Shown here one piece after another: positions 1 through 9,873 of a stretch of 64,000 nucleotides of DNA. Source of the stretch: Geopsychrobacteraceae bacterium (GTDB lineage Bacteria > Desulfobacterota > Desulfuromonadia > Desulfuromonadales > Geopsychrobacteraceae). A program made the translations under genes and the position numbers. Positions within the stretch are counted from its first letter, which is position 1. Each line of letters begins with the position of its first letter. Location of the stretch: contig OY759353.1 of assembly GCA_963662315.1 (NCBI GenBank), forward strand, positions 3,680,001 to 3,744,000. The letters are read 5' to 3'. The notes below the pieces were generated by a model. It saw only the letters and a list, made by a program, of their open reading frames with translations, was not told where the DNA came from and ran no database searches.

Positions 1-579
1 ACTCTGATTGAGCGCCTGGCCCGGCTTGAGCAGAAGCTGTCAGGGGGCTCTGCCTTCGGGATTGAGTCTGGGAAAGAGGCACGCTTTGTGCCACCACCAC
101 CCCAGCCTGAAATTCCACCACCGCCAGAGCCGGAGGATAGCGGAAAAAAGTCTGAAGCCCTGCCTGCAACGGTATCTGGTGAAAAAAGTTGGGCAGGGCT
201 GGTGAGCTTCGTTAAAGGGCAGCGTCGTTTTCATATCGCCACTCTGCTCGATCAGTCAAGCCTGTTGGAACTGGCGTTGCCCAGGTTGCGCATCGGTATG
301 CCGGAACGTTATTTTGGCCTGGCTGATCCGGAAATGCGTGAAGCTATTGGTGCGTTAGCCGGACAGTACTTCGGGGCCCCGGTCAAGGTGGAGGTCGACA
401 AAGTCGCCAACGGCGCTGTTGCACCGCCATCGCTGCATCAGGAGCGCGCCCGTCAGGAGAGTGATCGCCAGAAAAAATTACGTGAAAATGCCACCGAGCA
501 TCCGATGGTTAAGTCGGCGTTGGATATCTTCGGTGGCACCATTGAAACAATTAAGCCTATTGATAAGGGATTTGTATAA
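1..579 (+). CDS. dnaX: DNA polymerase III subunit gamma/tau, C-terminal part (5'-truncated by window edge)
   Basis: Frame is open from base 1. Pro-rich linker and C-terminal EHPMVKSALDIFGG motif; first gene of the canonical dnaX-ybaB-recR order. Confidence 0.85.
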   Translation, partial: TLIERLARLEQKLSGGSAFGIESGKEARFVPPPPQPEIPPPPEPEDSGKKSEALPATVSGEKSWAGLVSFVKGQRRFHIATLLDQSSLLELALPRLRIGMPERYFGLADPEMREAIGALAGQYFGAPVKVEVDKVANGAVAPPSLHQERARQESDRQKKLRENATEHPMVKSALDIFGGTIETIKPIDKGFV

Positions 580-620
580 CGCCCTGTTGATAACCAGTAA
601 TAAAACGGAGGAATACAGAT

Positions 621-935
621 ATGGCAAAAGGTCTTGGAAATATCATGAAACAGGCTCAGCAGATGCAGGCAAAGATTGCCCGCATGCAGCAGGAGCTTGA
701 AACACGTGAAGTTGAAGCCAGTGCCGGAGGTGGGATGGTAACCGCCAGGGTGAATGGCAAGCAGCAGATTCTGGAACTGAAGATCGAGAAGTCCGTTGTT
801 GATCCTGAAGATGTTGAAATGCTTCAGGACTTGGTTCTTGCTGCGGTGAATGAGGCGATTAAAAAGAGTCAGGATATGATCCAGGCTGAGATGGGGAAAG
901 TTACCGGGGGGATGAATATCCCTGGTTTGTTCTAA
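621..935 (+). CDS. ybaB: YbaB/EbfC nucleoid-associated protein
   Basis: MKQAQQMQ...ASAGGGMV...[19 protein letters not shown] motif; GGAGG RBS; lies between dnaX and recR. Confidence 0.95.
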   Translation: MAKGLGNIMKQAQQMQAKIARMQQELETREVEASAGGGMVTARVNGKQQILELKIEKSVVDPEDVEMLQDLVLAAVNEAIKKSQDMIQAEMGKVTGGMNIPGLF

Positions 936-982
936 AGAAAATCGCTGTATCAGGCGCGAATTCCAGCTTCTTTTGACTGGTT

Positions 983-1020
983 AAAATCCCTGCAGATGTC
1001 TGGTCTGACAGGGGTTTTTT
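983..1020 (+). terminator. possible intrinsic terminator after ybaB
   Basis: Imperfect stem aaatccctg...caggggttt followed by a T-run. Confidence 0.4.
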
Positions 1021-1203
1021 CATTTGCCGTGATGGAATTCGTATGATGTCTTTAAAAAAGGATTGAATTTTTAGGATGTTGGTGGTAGGGTCCTTTTTGG
1101 TCAGACCACTGGCCCATCCTGCCTTTTAGTGAAATTGCAGATTTTTAGTCTCCCTGAAAGATTCATTCCGATGACTTAACCCCTTGGATTCAGGAGAAAT
1201 TTC

Positions 1204-1803
1204 ATGTTAGGCTCACTACCGTCGTTTGCCCGTCTGGCGGCCGAATTAAGTAAGCTACCGGGCATCGGCAGTAAAACAGCTGCCCGGTTGGCGTTTCATT
1301 TGTTACGAGCCTCCCGGCAGGATGTCGAGGCATTGGCATCGGCACTGATTGAGATGAAAAACAACGTGCGTTATTGTCAGCGCTGTTATCATGTTTCAGA
1401 GGCTGAACTGTGTACCATCTGTTCCAACCCCGCACGTGATTCTCAAGTGCTCTGCATCGTCGAAGAGCCTCAGGATCTTCTAGCCATTGAACGAAGTCGT
1501 TCCTATCTCGGTTTGTATCATGTGCTACATGGAGCTTTGTCGCCGTTAGATGGAGTTGGACCGGAAGATCTTAAAATCCCGCAGTTGTTGCAACGGCTCG
1601 AGGCGGAGCCGGTTCGCGAGGTTATCCTGGCGACAAATTTCACCGTTGAAGGTGAGGCGACTGCGCTTTATCTGGCAAAGCTATTCAAGGAGAGAGGATT
1701 GCGCGTGACGCGCCTTGCTCATGGGATACCCACGGGCAGCGATCTCGAGTATATCGATTCCGGTACAGTACAACAGGCTGTAGATGGGCGTCGCGAATTG
1801 TAA
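1204..1803 (+). CDS. recR: recombination mediator RecR
   Basis: HhH motif LPGIGSKTAARLA, C4 zinc finger, Toprim region (YHVLHG, EGEATA, RLAHGIP). Confidence 0.97.
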   Translation: MLGSLPSFARLAAELSKLPGIGSKTAARLAFHLLRASRQDVEALASALIEMKNNVRYCQRCYHVSEAELCTICSNPARDSQVLCIVEEPQDLLAIERSRSYLGLYHVLHGALSPLDGVGPEDLKIPQLLQRLEAEPVREVILATNFTVEGEATALYLAKLFKERGLRVTRLAHGIPTGSDLEYIDSGTVQQAVDGRREL

Positions 1804-1927
1804 TCCTTGCACAGAGTATCGATAACTTAACAGTGGGGTTTTCCCTGTGCTTAGTTATACGAGGTATTCGAAAAGCGTTCTTATTCCTCTATAAGAACGT
1901 CATTACTCACCGTACAAGGAGGTGTAC

Positions 1928-4900
1928 ATGTCTCGAAAGATGGTCAACATTGACGGTAATGCCGCGGCAGCGCATGTTGCGCATGCGACTAACGAGGTTA
2001 TTGCTATCTACCCCATTACCCCGTCATCGGTTATGGGCGAAATTTCCGACGCCAAAAGCGCTGTAGGTCAGAAAAACATTTGGGGTACCATTCCCAAAGT
2101 TGTTGAGCTTCAGTCTGAAGGTGGTGCTGCAGGTGCTGTTCACGGTGCTCTGCAGGCAGGTGCATTAACAACGACCTTTACTGCTTCACAAGGTCTGTTG
2201 CTGATGATCCCGAACATGTTCAAAATTGCTGGTGAATTGACTCCGACCGTATTCCATGTCTCGGCTCGTGCCCTGGCAACTTCCGCTTTGTCAATTTTTG
2301 GTGATCATTCAGATGTTATGGCCTGCCGTTCTACTGGCTGGACCATGCTTTGCTCCAATAACCCACAGGAAGTTATGGATTTTGCGCTTATTGCACAGGC
2401 CACAACTCTTGAATCGCGGGTTCCGGTTCTCCACTTTTTCGACGGATTCCGGACGTCTCACGAAATCCAGAAGATTGAAGAACTGACTCAGGACGACATG
2501 CGTCACATGATCGATGATGAGCTGGTTGCTGCTCACCGTCATCGTGCCTTGTCTCCGGATGCACCGAAACTGCGCGGTACCGCTCAAAACCCCGACGTTT
2601 ACTTCCACACCCGTGAGTCGGTCAACAAGTATTACACCACCGTCCCTGCAGTTCTTCAGGCTCAAATGGACAAGTTCGCCAAGCTGGTTGGTCGTCAGTA
2701 TAATCTGGTTGATTATGTTGGTGCCCCTGATGCTGAGCGTGTTGTTGTGATGATGGGTTCCGGCTGTGAAGCCATGGAAGAGACCATTAATTACCTGGTC
2801 GCTCAAGGCGAAAAAGTCGGTATGCTCAAAATCCGTCTGTTCCTGCCGTTCCCAACCGAGCAGTTCTGTAAAGCTCTGCCGAAGACCGTCAAGAAAATTT
2901 CTGTTCTTGATCGTACCAAAGAGCCAGGTTCTCTTGGTGAGCCTCTCTACCAGGCGATTCGTACCGCTCTTGGTGAAGGCATGTCTGACGGCCTCGTTGC
3001 GTTTGAGCGTTACCCCGTTGTTGTTGGTGGCCGTTACGGTCTCGGTTCTTTCGAGTTCAACGCCGGTATGTGTAAGGCTGTTCTCGATAACTTGTCCAAG
3101 GACAAGCCGAAGAACCACTTCATCGTTGGTTTCAATGATGATGTCATGGGGCAAAGCCTCGATTTCGACGCCAGCTTCAAGGTTCCTTTTAATGGTTACT
3201 CTGCCATGTTCTTCGGTCTCGGTTCCGATGGTACTGTTGGTGCCAACAAGAACTCGATCAAGATCATCGGTTCAGCGACCGATAACAAGGTTCAGGCCTA
3301 CTTCGTCTATGACTCCAAAAAAGCAGGCAGCATGACCACTTCTCACCTGCGTTTCGGTCAGGAAGAGATCAAGAGTACCTACCTGATTGACCAGGCTGAC
3401 TTTGTTGCCTGCCATAACTTCTCCTTCCTCGAGAAGTATGACATGCTCAAAAACGCTAAAGAAGGTGCGACCTTCCTGCTCAATGCTCCTTACAGCCAAG
3501 ATGAAGTCTGGGGGCATCTGCCTAAAGCTGTTCAGCAGACCATCATTGACAAGAAACTCAAATTCTTCGTTATCGACGGTATCCATATCGGTGAAAAGAT
3601 CGGCCTTGGTCCTCGTATCAACGTCGTTATGCAGACCGCTTTCTTCAAAATCTCCGGGATCATTCCTGAAGATGTCGCCATTGCCAAGATCAAGGACGCT
3701 GTTGTCAAGTCTTACAGCAAGGCAGGTGAGAAGGTTGTCGACATGAACAAGCGTGCTGTCGATGTTGCTCTTGAGAGCACCTTCGAAGTCGCTGTTCCTG
3801 CTACCGCTGACAGCACCATTGAAATGCAGTCAGGCAAGTGGGGTGCATACTCCGAAACCGTTCAAAAGACCCTGGGGCCGATCATCGATGGTTTGGGTCA
3901 GGAACTGCCTCTGTCGGCTCTGCCTGCTGATGGTACTTTCCCGACCGGAACCGCCTGTGTCGAGAAACGTAACATTGCTGTTAATATCCCTGTTTGGGAA
4001 AAAGACCTGTGTATCCAGTGTGGTATCTGTTCTCTGGTCTGTCCTCATGCTGCTATCCGCATGAAGATCAACGACGAGAGCGCTATTGCTGGAGCTCCAG
4101 AAACCTACAAATCCTGCGCCGCTAAAGGCAAGGATATGGAAGGGAAGGTCTTCACCCTGCAGGTTGCACCGGAAGATTGTACCGGTTGTGGTGCTTGTGT
4201 TCACAACTGTCCAGCCAAGAGCAAGGATGATGAGAGCAAGAAGGCTATCAATATGACCTTCCAGGCTCCACTGCGTGAGACCGAAGCTGCCAACTTCAAG
4301 TTCTTCCTTGATCTGCCCGACACTGATCCGGCTCTGATCAACCGCGCAACACTGAAGGGCAGCCAGCTGTTGCCACCGATGTTCGAATTCTCCGGCGCCT
4401 GTGCGGGTTGTGGCGAGACTCCATTCGTCAAGCTCTGTTCACAGCTGTTCGGTGATCGTATGTATGTTGCCAACGCGACCGGTTGTTCTTCAATCTATGG
4501 TGGTAACCTGCCGACCACTCCATGGACCACCCGTAAGGATGGCCTTGGACCGACCTGGGCGAACTCTTTGTTCGAAGACAACGCCGAGTTCGGTATGGGG
4601 ATGCGTCTTGCTGTTGACAAAACCACTGAGTATGCACGTGAACTGCTCGAGAAAAACATCGACTGTGGTTGTGCTGCTTGTGAAGGTACTGCTGGGCTCA
4701 AGCGTGAAATCCTTGACGCTGCTCAGGATACTCAGGAAGCTATTGAAGAGCAACGTGCTCGTGTTGCCAAGCTCAAAGCGATCCTCGAGAAGTGTACCCA
4801 CGAAACTGCTAAGCCGCTGCTGATTGACATCAACTATCTGGTCGTCAAATCAGTCTGGATCCACGGTGGCGATGGCTGGGCATACGACATCGGTTACGGT

Positions 4901-5500
4901 GGTCTGGATCACGTTCTTGCTTCCGGTCAGAACGTCAACGTTCTGGTTCTGGATACCGAGGTTTACTCCAACACCGGTGGTCAGGCTTCCAAGGCTACCC
5001 CGCTTGGCGCCGTTGCACAGTTTGCCGCCGGTGGTAAGACTCAGCCGAAGAAAGACCTGGGCATGATCGCTATGTCCTATGGCAATATTTACGTTGCTAA
5101 GGTCTCTCTGGCTAATCCGGCTCAGGCTGTTAAGGCCTTCCTTGAGGCGGATGCTTACAATGGTCCTTCACTCATTATTGCTTACACCCATTGTATCGCT
5201 CACGGAATCAACATGACCCGTGGTGTTGATACGGTTAAGGAAGCCGTAGCGTCAGGCCACTGGACTGCGTATCGTTATGATCCACGCCTTATCGAGCAAG
5301 GCAAGAACCCGCTGCAGCTCGATGCGAAGGAGCCAACTATGTCCTTCGAAGACTATGCCTCCAAGCAGAATCGCTATCGGGTTCTCAAGAATATCAACCC
5401 TGAAATGTCAGCAAGCATGATGGCGAAAGCCAACAAGCTGACCACCCAGAACTTCAACCTGTACAAGTATCTGGCAGAAATGAAGTATGGTGAAGAATAA
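1928..5500 (+). CDS. nifJ: pyruvate:ferredoxin (flavodoxin) oxidoreductase, single-chain type
   Basis: YPITPS, QSEGGAAG, two CxxCxxC ferredoxin motifs, GACAGCGE, GDGWAYDIG TPP motif. AAGGAGG RBS favours the ATG at 1928. Confidence 0.96.
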   Translation: MSRKMVNIDGNAAAAHVAHATNEVIAIYPITPSSVMGEISDAKSAVGQKNIWGTIPKVVELQSEGGAAGAVHGALQAGALTTTFTASQGLLLMIPNMFKIAGELTPTVFHVSARALATSALSIFGDHSDVMACRSTGWTMLCSNNPQEVMDFALIAQATTLESRVPVLHFFDGFRTSHEIQKIEELTQDDMRHMIDDELVAAHRHRALSPDAPKLRGTAQNPDVYFHTRESVNKYYTTVPAVLQAQMDKFAKLVGRQYNLVDYVGAPDAERVVVMMGSGCEAMEETINYLVAQGEKVGMLKIRLFLPFPTEQFCKALPKTVKKISVLDRTKEPGSLGEPLYQAIRTALGEGMSDGLVAFERYPVVVGGRYGLGSFEFNAGMCKAVLDNLSKDKPKNHFIVGFNDDVMGQSLDFDASFKVPFNGYSAMFFGLGSDGTVGANKNSIKIIGSATDNKVQAYFVYDSKKAGSMTTSHLRFGQEEIKSTYLIDQADFVACHNFSFLEKYDMLKNAKEGATFLLNAPYSQDEVWGHLPKAVQQTIIDKKLKFFVIDGIHIGEKIGLGPRINVVMQTAFFKISGIIPEDVAIAKIKDAVVKSYSKAGEKVVDMNKRAVDVALESTFEVAVPATADSTIEMQSGKWGAYSETVQKTLGPIIDGLGQELPLSALPADGTFPTGTACVEKRNIAVNIPVWEKDLCIQCGICSLVCPHAAIRMKINDESAIAGAPETYKSCAAKGKDMEGKVFTLQVAPEDCTGCGACVHNCPAKSKDDESKKAINMTFQAPLRETEAANFKFFLDLPDTDPALINRATLKGSQLLPPMFEFSGACAGCGETPFVKLCSQLFGDRMYVANATGCSSIYGGNLPTTPWTTRKDGLGPTWANSLFEDNAEFGMGMRLAVDKTTEYARELLEKNIDCGCAACEGTAGLKREILDAAQDTQEAIEEQRARVAKLKAILEKCTHETAKPLLIDINYLVVKSVWIHGGDGWAYDIGYGGLDHVLASGQNVNVLVLDTEVYSNTGGQASKATPLGAVAQFAAGGKTQPKKDLGMIAMSYGNIYVAKVSLANPAQAVKAFLEADAYNGPSLIIAYTHCIAHGINMTRGVDTVKEAVASGHWTAYRYDPRLIEQGKNPLQLDAKEPTMSFEDYASKQNRYRVLKNINPEMSASMMAKANKLTTQNFNLYKYLAEMKYGEE

Positions 5501-5529
5501 GTTATCCTTAGAAGGATAGCAGCTGAACG

Positions 5530-5565
5530 AAAACTCCCGGTGCCAGTTGCACCGGGAGTTTTTTT
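5530..5565 (+). terminator. intrinsic terminator after PFOR
   Basis: aaactcccggtgc-cagtt-gcaccgggagttt hairpin followed by a T-run. Confidence 0.9.
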
Positions 5566-5721
5566 ATTTCTTGTTCGAAAACAGACTAGTGGTGACCGGT
5601 CCGTCCTGTGTTCAGAATGGTTTATGATTCACTAACCCCCTATCCTCTATAGATTCATCTTCTTTTGTGCTAAGTTCATTTCTTTGAATCGAATCCACCT
5701 TACACAGTCAAAAGGCCTGCT

Positions 5722-6627
5722 ATGATTCAATTCATTCCAGTGTTTATCAATGTTGTTATGCCAGTATTTGCCATTGTTCTGTTGGGGATGACCTTTGGTA
5801 AAAAGCTCGATCTTCAGGCTAAAACTCTTAGCCGGGCAGCATACTATATTTTCGTTCCGGCTTTTGTTTTTCGAGCGATCAGCACTGCCGATGTGCCGTT
5901 GAGCAGGGCTTTAATAATGATCACTTTTATTCTTGCGGCTCATGTTCTCGGGGTTATCGCGGCTGTTATTGTCGGTAAGATGCTTGGTAGTTCAAAAGAG
6001 ATGATTGCCGCCTTCGTAATGATTGCGGCGTTCGGTAATGTCGGCAATTTTGGTCTGGCTGCGATTCAGTTTCATCTGGGAGATGGGGCTCTTCCCTATG
6101 CCACCATCTTCTATGTAACGATATCCACCAGTGGTTTTGCCTTTTGCGTCGGGGCCGCGGGTTGGGCGCGTGGGGGGAGTAAAGGAGCTTTGTCCCAAGT
6201 GATAAAAACTCCTGCGATTCTGGCAACTATACCAGCGATTTTCGTTTCAGCTGGCGATGTCCAGGTTCCATTGATGCTGACGCGCATGATATCCCTGTTG
6301 GCCGGAGCCATGATTCCGGTTATGTTATTCGCTTTGGGTCTGCAGTTGCAGGAGCAGGGCAGGGTTCACCTCAACCGTGATGTCATTATTGGCTCGATTA
6401 TGCGGCTTGCTGTTGTACCATTGCTGGCGTTGCTGATATCCCCTCTGTTTTCTCTGAATTCGGTTCAGACGACCGCTGGTATATTGCAATCGGCCATGCC
6501 CGGGGCCGTTCTGGTTTCGATTATTGCCAAGGAAAATGATATCGTTCCGCATTTTGCAACCTCGGTGGTGATTGTTTCGACACTGGCAAGCCTTGTGACG
6601 CTGACTCTGTTTATGGTTCTGCTGTGA
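5722..6627 (+). CDS. AEC (auxin efflux carrier) family membrane transporter
   Basis: About 10 hydrophobic segments; FGNVGNFG, IPVMLFALG and AMP motifs. Confidence 0.85.
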   Translation: MIQFIPVFINVVMPVFAIVLLGMTFGKKLDLQAKTLSRAAYYIFVPAFVFRAISTADVPLSRALIMITFILAAHVLGVIAAVIVGKMLGSSKEMIAAFVMIAAFGNVGNFGLAAIQFHLGDGALPYATIFYVTISTSGFAFCVGAAGWARGGSKGALSQVIKTPAILATIPAIFVSAGDVQVPLMLTRMISLLAGAMIPVMLFALGLQLQEQGRVHLNRDVIIGSIMRLAVVPLLALLISPLFSLNSVQTTAGILQSAMPGAVLVSIIAKENDIVPHFATSVVIVSTLASLVTLTLFMVLL

Positions 6628-6774
6628 ACTACGAATCTCTTATTCCCCCCTTTTTTTTCTTTTTGCCGCTTACCCATAATTTCATCTAAAACTGGATCTG
6701 AAAAGATGAAATCATTGACATTGTTAGCGCGCTATGATAATCAGGCACAATCAAAAGAACGGAGACTATCAATT

Positions 6775-6858
6775 ATGATTTTCACTATGGCAACGGCAGC
6801 GCGAGCGATTTTAGCGGCGAATATTCGTCATAAGTCTGTCCATTGCCAGTTGTGGTAG
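6775..6858 (+). CDS. putative Ala-rich attenuator leader peptide MIFTMATAARAILAANIRHKSVHCQLW (27 aa)
   Basis: GGAG RBS at 6761-6764; 6 Ala codons within codons 6-15; lies directly upstream of a terminator hairpin. Confidence 0.65.
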   Translation: MIFTMATAARAILAANIRHKSVHCQLW

Positions 6859-6920
6859 AGCCGTACATTTATAGCATTCACGAATGAGGCCATGGACAGT
6901 AGAGTCCATGGCCTTTTTTT
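6789..6920 (+). promoter_or_regulatory. putative transcription attenuator of the aminotransferase operon
   Basis: Terminator aggccatggac/gtccatggcct plus T7 (6887-6920). Segment 6836-6847 (ctgtccattgcc) can pair with the terminator 5' arm 6888-6899 (11/12) or with 6789-6799 in the Ala codons. Confidence 0.7.
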
Positions 6921-6943
6921 ATTTTTTGTCAAGGGGATAAGGA

Positions 6944-8248
6944 ATGCGCAACAACATAGTACACATTGGTGCCGGCGAGTTAACCTATGAAATTCGTGCG
7001 ATTGTTAATATCGCAGAAGAGTTACGTCGCCTGGGTATTAAAACCAACATGGAAAACATAGGTGACCCAGTTGCTAAAGGGGAAAAAATCCCGGACTGGA
7101 TTAAAGAAATTGTTGCCGATCTAGCCATGAAGGATTGTTCTTATGGCTACTGTGCTACCAAGGGGCTGCTCGAAACACGTCAGTTCCTGGCAGACCAGAC
7201 CAACAAGCGTGGTTTTGCTCAGATCTCTGCCGAAGATATCATGTTCTTTAACGGACTCGGTGACGCAATCCAGAAAGTTTACGGGCTTCTCAAACGCGAG
7301 GCACGGGTTATTGGACCTTCCCCGACCTATTCAACCCATTCCTCCGCAGAAGGTGCACATGCCGGGCAGAAACCGGTTACCTATCGCCTGGACCCTGACA
7401 ACCTGTGGTATCCAGATATGGATGACCTGCGCCAGTCGGTCAAGTACAACCCGGCGATCTCTGGCATATTGATTATTAATCCGGATAATCCGACGGGTGC
7501 TGTTTATCCAGAACGTATTCTTAGGGAAATCATCAGCCTGTGTAAAGAATACGATCTGTTCCTGATCTGCGACGAGATTTATCATAATCTCTGTTACAAC
7601 GGCACGGTGACCCGGCCTATCTCTGATTTGGTTGGAGATTTGCCGGCGATTTCACTAAAAGGGATCAGTAAAGAGGTCCCCTGGCCTGGAGCCCGTTGCG
7701 GTTGGATGGAAGTCTATAATGCCGATAAGGATGAAGTCTTCAAGCGTTACATTGAAAGTATTCTGAATTCAAAGATGGTCGAGGTTTGTTCTACAACGTT
7801 GCCGCAAAAAGCGATTCCGCGGATTCTTAGCCACCCGGAATATCCTAAATACCTCGCTGCCCGCAGCGATCGTTATGAGCGTTATTCAAACATCGCTTAT
7901 AAAATGTTGAATGCTGTGCCGGGCCTGAAGGTCAATCGCACTAATGGCTCGTTTTACATGGGAGTTGTGTTCGAACATGGGCGGTTGACCCATGAGCAAA
8001 CGTTACCGATTGAAAATGACCAGGTTCGCGAACTGGTTGAGCGTTTAATCAACAAGCCCGGAACTCAGACGGACAAGCGCTTCGTTTACTACTTGCTGGC
8101 ATCAACCGGTATCTGTGTTGTTCCCATGTCGTCTTTCTGTACCGACGAAAGAGGTTTCCGGATTACTCTGCTGGAGCAGGATGAACAAGAGTTTATTGCG
8201 ATTTTTGAGACCATTTCAGAGGCCATTACCGCCTATCTGAATTCCTGA
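6944..8248 (+). CDS. PLP-dependent class I/II aminotransferase (AlaA/alanine transaminase-like)
   Basis: YEIR, NIGDP, INPDNPTG, DEIY and ISKEVPWPGARCGW PLP-lysine motifs. Confidence 0.85.
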   Translation: MRNNIVHIGAGELTYEIRAIVNIAEELRRLGIKTNMENIGDPVAKGEKIPDWIKEIVADLAMKDCSYGYCATKGLLETRQFLADQTNKRGFAQISAEDIMFFNGLGDAIQKVYGLLKREARVIGPSPTYSTHSSAEGAHAGQKPVTYRLDPDNLWYPDMDDLRQSVKYNPAISGILIINPDNPTGAVYPERILREIISLCKEYDLFLICDEIYHNLCYNGTVTRPISDLVGDLPAISLKGISKEVPWPGARCGWMEVYNADKDEVFKRYIESILNSKMVEVCSTTLPQKAIPRILSHPEYPKYLAARSDRYERYSNIAYKMLNAVPGLKVNRTNGSFYMGVVFEHGRLTHEQTLPIENDQVRELVERLINKPGTQTDKRFVYYLLASTGICVVPMSSFCTDERGFRITLLEQDEQEFIAIFETISEAITAYLNS

Positions 8249-8270
8249 TGACAAAAGGGACTGACTGACC

Positions 8271-9653
8271 GTGCCAATACCGAATAATGCCGCGCAGCTT
8301 GCCGGCCATAAGCCGATCGCCAATGTGCAACAGCTGACTGAGTTTCTGCTCAGAGGGGCACGCCCCAAAGAGGATTGGGGGGTTGGTATTGAAAATGAGA
8401 AGCTCGTCCTCGATCGCTTCAGTGGCGAGGCTGCGAGCTATGAAAGAATCCGGGAACTGCTGGACCGACTCGACGGAATTGGTGGCTGGCAGGGAATTTA
8501 TGAGGGAGATAAACTGCTCGGATTGCAGGGGAAGCGTTCTTCAGTAACCCTTGAACCGGGTGGTCAGCTGGAGCTGTCGGGAAAATTCTGTTGTGACATC
8601 AACTGCAGCTGGCGCGACATTCACCGTTATCGCCAGCATATCCTGACCATGGGGCACGAACTGGATCTGATCTTTATCGGTCTGGGGGTTCAGCCGTTCA
8701 GCAGTCTTGAAAGTATTTCCTGGCTACCGAAGAAACGCTACGACATCATGGGACCCTATATGCTCAAAACCGGCGATATGGGGCAACGTATGATGAAACA
8801 GAGCGCTGGTACCCAGGTTAACCTCGATTTTTCCGATGAGCAGGATTGTGTGCGCAAGCTCAGGGTCAGTCAGTTGCTTAGCCCGGTCTGTTACGCGCTG
8901 TTTGCCAATTCCCCGCTGCTGAATGATCAGCCGAGTGGCTGGCTGTCAACTCGTGGCGAGGTCTGGTCGCGTACCGACAACGACCGTTGCGGCCTGATTA
9001 CCCAGCTGTTTAATTCCGGTAGCGGCCTGGCGGACTATGTTGATTACGCCTTGAATGTTCCCATGTATTTCATCCAGCGTGACGGAACCTATATTGACCT
9101 GACTCAAAGCAGGTTCACTTTCCGTCAGTATCTTGACAGTGGCTGGCAGTCGGAACAGCCAACCATGGCGGACTGGAACCTGCACCTGTCGACCCTGTTT
9201 CCTGAAGTTCGATTACGGCCGCAGCTTGAATTGCGCAGTGCCGATAGCTTGCCGCCCCGTTTTACCGCAGCTGTTGCCGCCTTCTATAAAGGATTGCTCT
9301 ATACTGACGAAGGCTTGGCCAAGGTCGAATCATTGCTGGGCGATCTCTCTGTTAGCGAAATATCGAAGCTTTACAAGGCGTCATGGAGAGACGGGCTGAA
9401 GGCCGTTGTCAAAGGGGGAACGCTCCTGGAAATTGCCTCCGAGCTGGTTGCCGCCGCCGCAGCAAGTCTGACTCAGCAGTTTGATCTGGGAGCCAGTGGT
9501 GCTGATGAAAGTCGCTTCCTCGACAGCCTGAAAGAAATACTCGACAGTGGAGAAACTCTGGCCGAGCAGCTTCTGAAACGCTGGGATGGGGATCGGAAGC
9601 ACAAGTTGCAGGTATTGCTCGATCATTGTGGCTATGCAGAGAACCATTTGTGA
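8271..9653 (+). CDS. gshA: glutamate--cysteine ligase (GCS2, plant/alphaproteobacterial type)
   Basis: GIENE, VTLEPGGQLELSG, QVNLD, ALFANSP, HLSTLFPEVRL, LELRSAD motifs. Confidence 0.88.
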   Translation: MPIPNNAAQLAGHKPIANVQQLTEFLLRGARPKEDWGVGIENEKLVLDRFSGEAASYERIRELLDRLDGIGGWQGIYEGDKLLGLQGKRSSVTLEPGGQLELSGKFCCDINCSWRDIHRYRQHILTMGHELDLIFIGLGVQPFSSLESISWLPKKRYDIMGPYMLKTGDMGQRMMKQSAGTQVNLDFSDEQDCVRKLRVSQLLSPVCYALFANSPLLNDQPSGWLSTRGEVWSRTDNDRCGLITQLFNSGSGLADYVDYALNVPMYFIQRDGTYIDLTQSRFTFRQYLDSGWQSEQPTMADWNLHLSTLFPEVRLRPQLELRSADSLPPRFTAAVAAFYKGLLYTDEGLAKVESLLGDLSVSEISKLYKASWRDGLKAVVKGGTLLEIASELVAAAAASLTQQFDLGASGADESRFLDSLKEILDSGETLAEQLLKRWDGDRKHKLQVLLDHCGYAENHL

Positions 9654-9759
9654 GTACGCGTGAACTGTGCATACGCACAGTTCAGTAGTGTGTCTCCAGT
9701 GATGATATTATGCGTGATGCCACGTGTTTTTCATCGCTTCAGAAGGGTATAGTCACAAC

Positions 9760-9873
9760 CATCAACAGTTTCGGTGTGGCAGTCGAAACGTTGAAACAGA
9801 AACATCATACCTCCTTTCCAGTTTGTGAGCCGACCATCGGGATAACCTCCCTCCGATGTCGGCTCTTTTTTTT
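9760..9873 (+). ncRNA. candidate ~110-nt sRNA with two anti-Shine-Dalgarno motifs
   Basis: TATAGT -10-like box at 9748-9753; 5' hairpin 9762-9794; unpaired CATACCTCCTTTC; terminator hairpin 9827-9865 with ACCTCCC loop, then T8. Confidence 0.55.

Noticed and set aside
2309..4801. Long antisense ORFs inside PFOR (also within tkt, serA, terL and the ejection genes, e.g. 28681-29589 and 32948-33880)
   Set aside because: Shadow ORFs opposite strongly supported genes, explained by codon bias; no motifs or RBS.
9731..9808. Type I toxin peptide on the minus strand
   Set aside because: The 25-aa product is hydrophilic with no TM helix and the SD-ATG spacing is very short. Kept only as an alternative to the sRNA interpretation.
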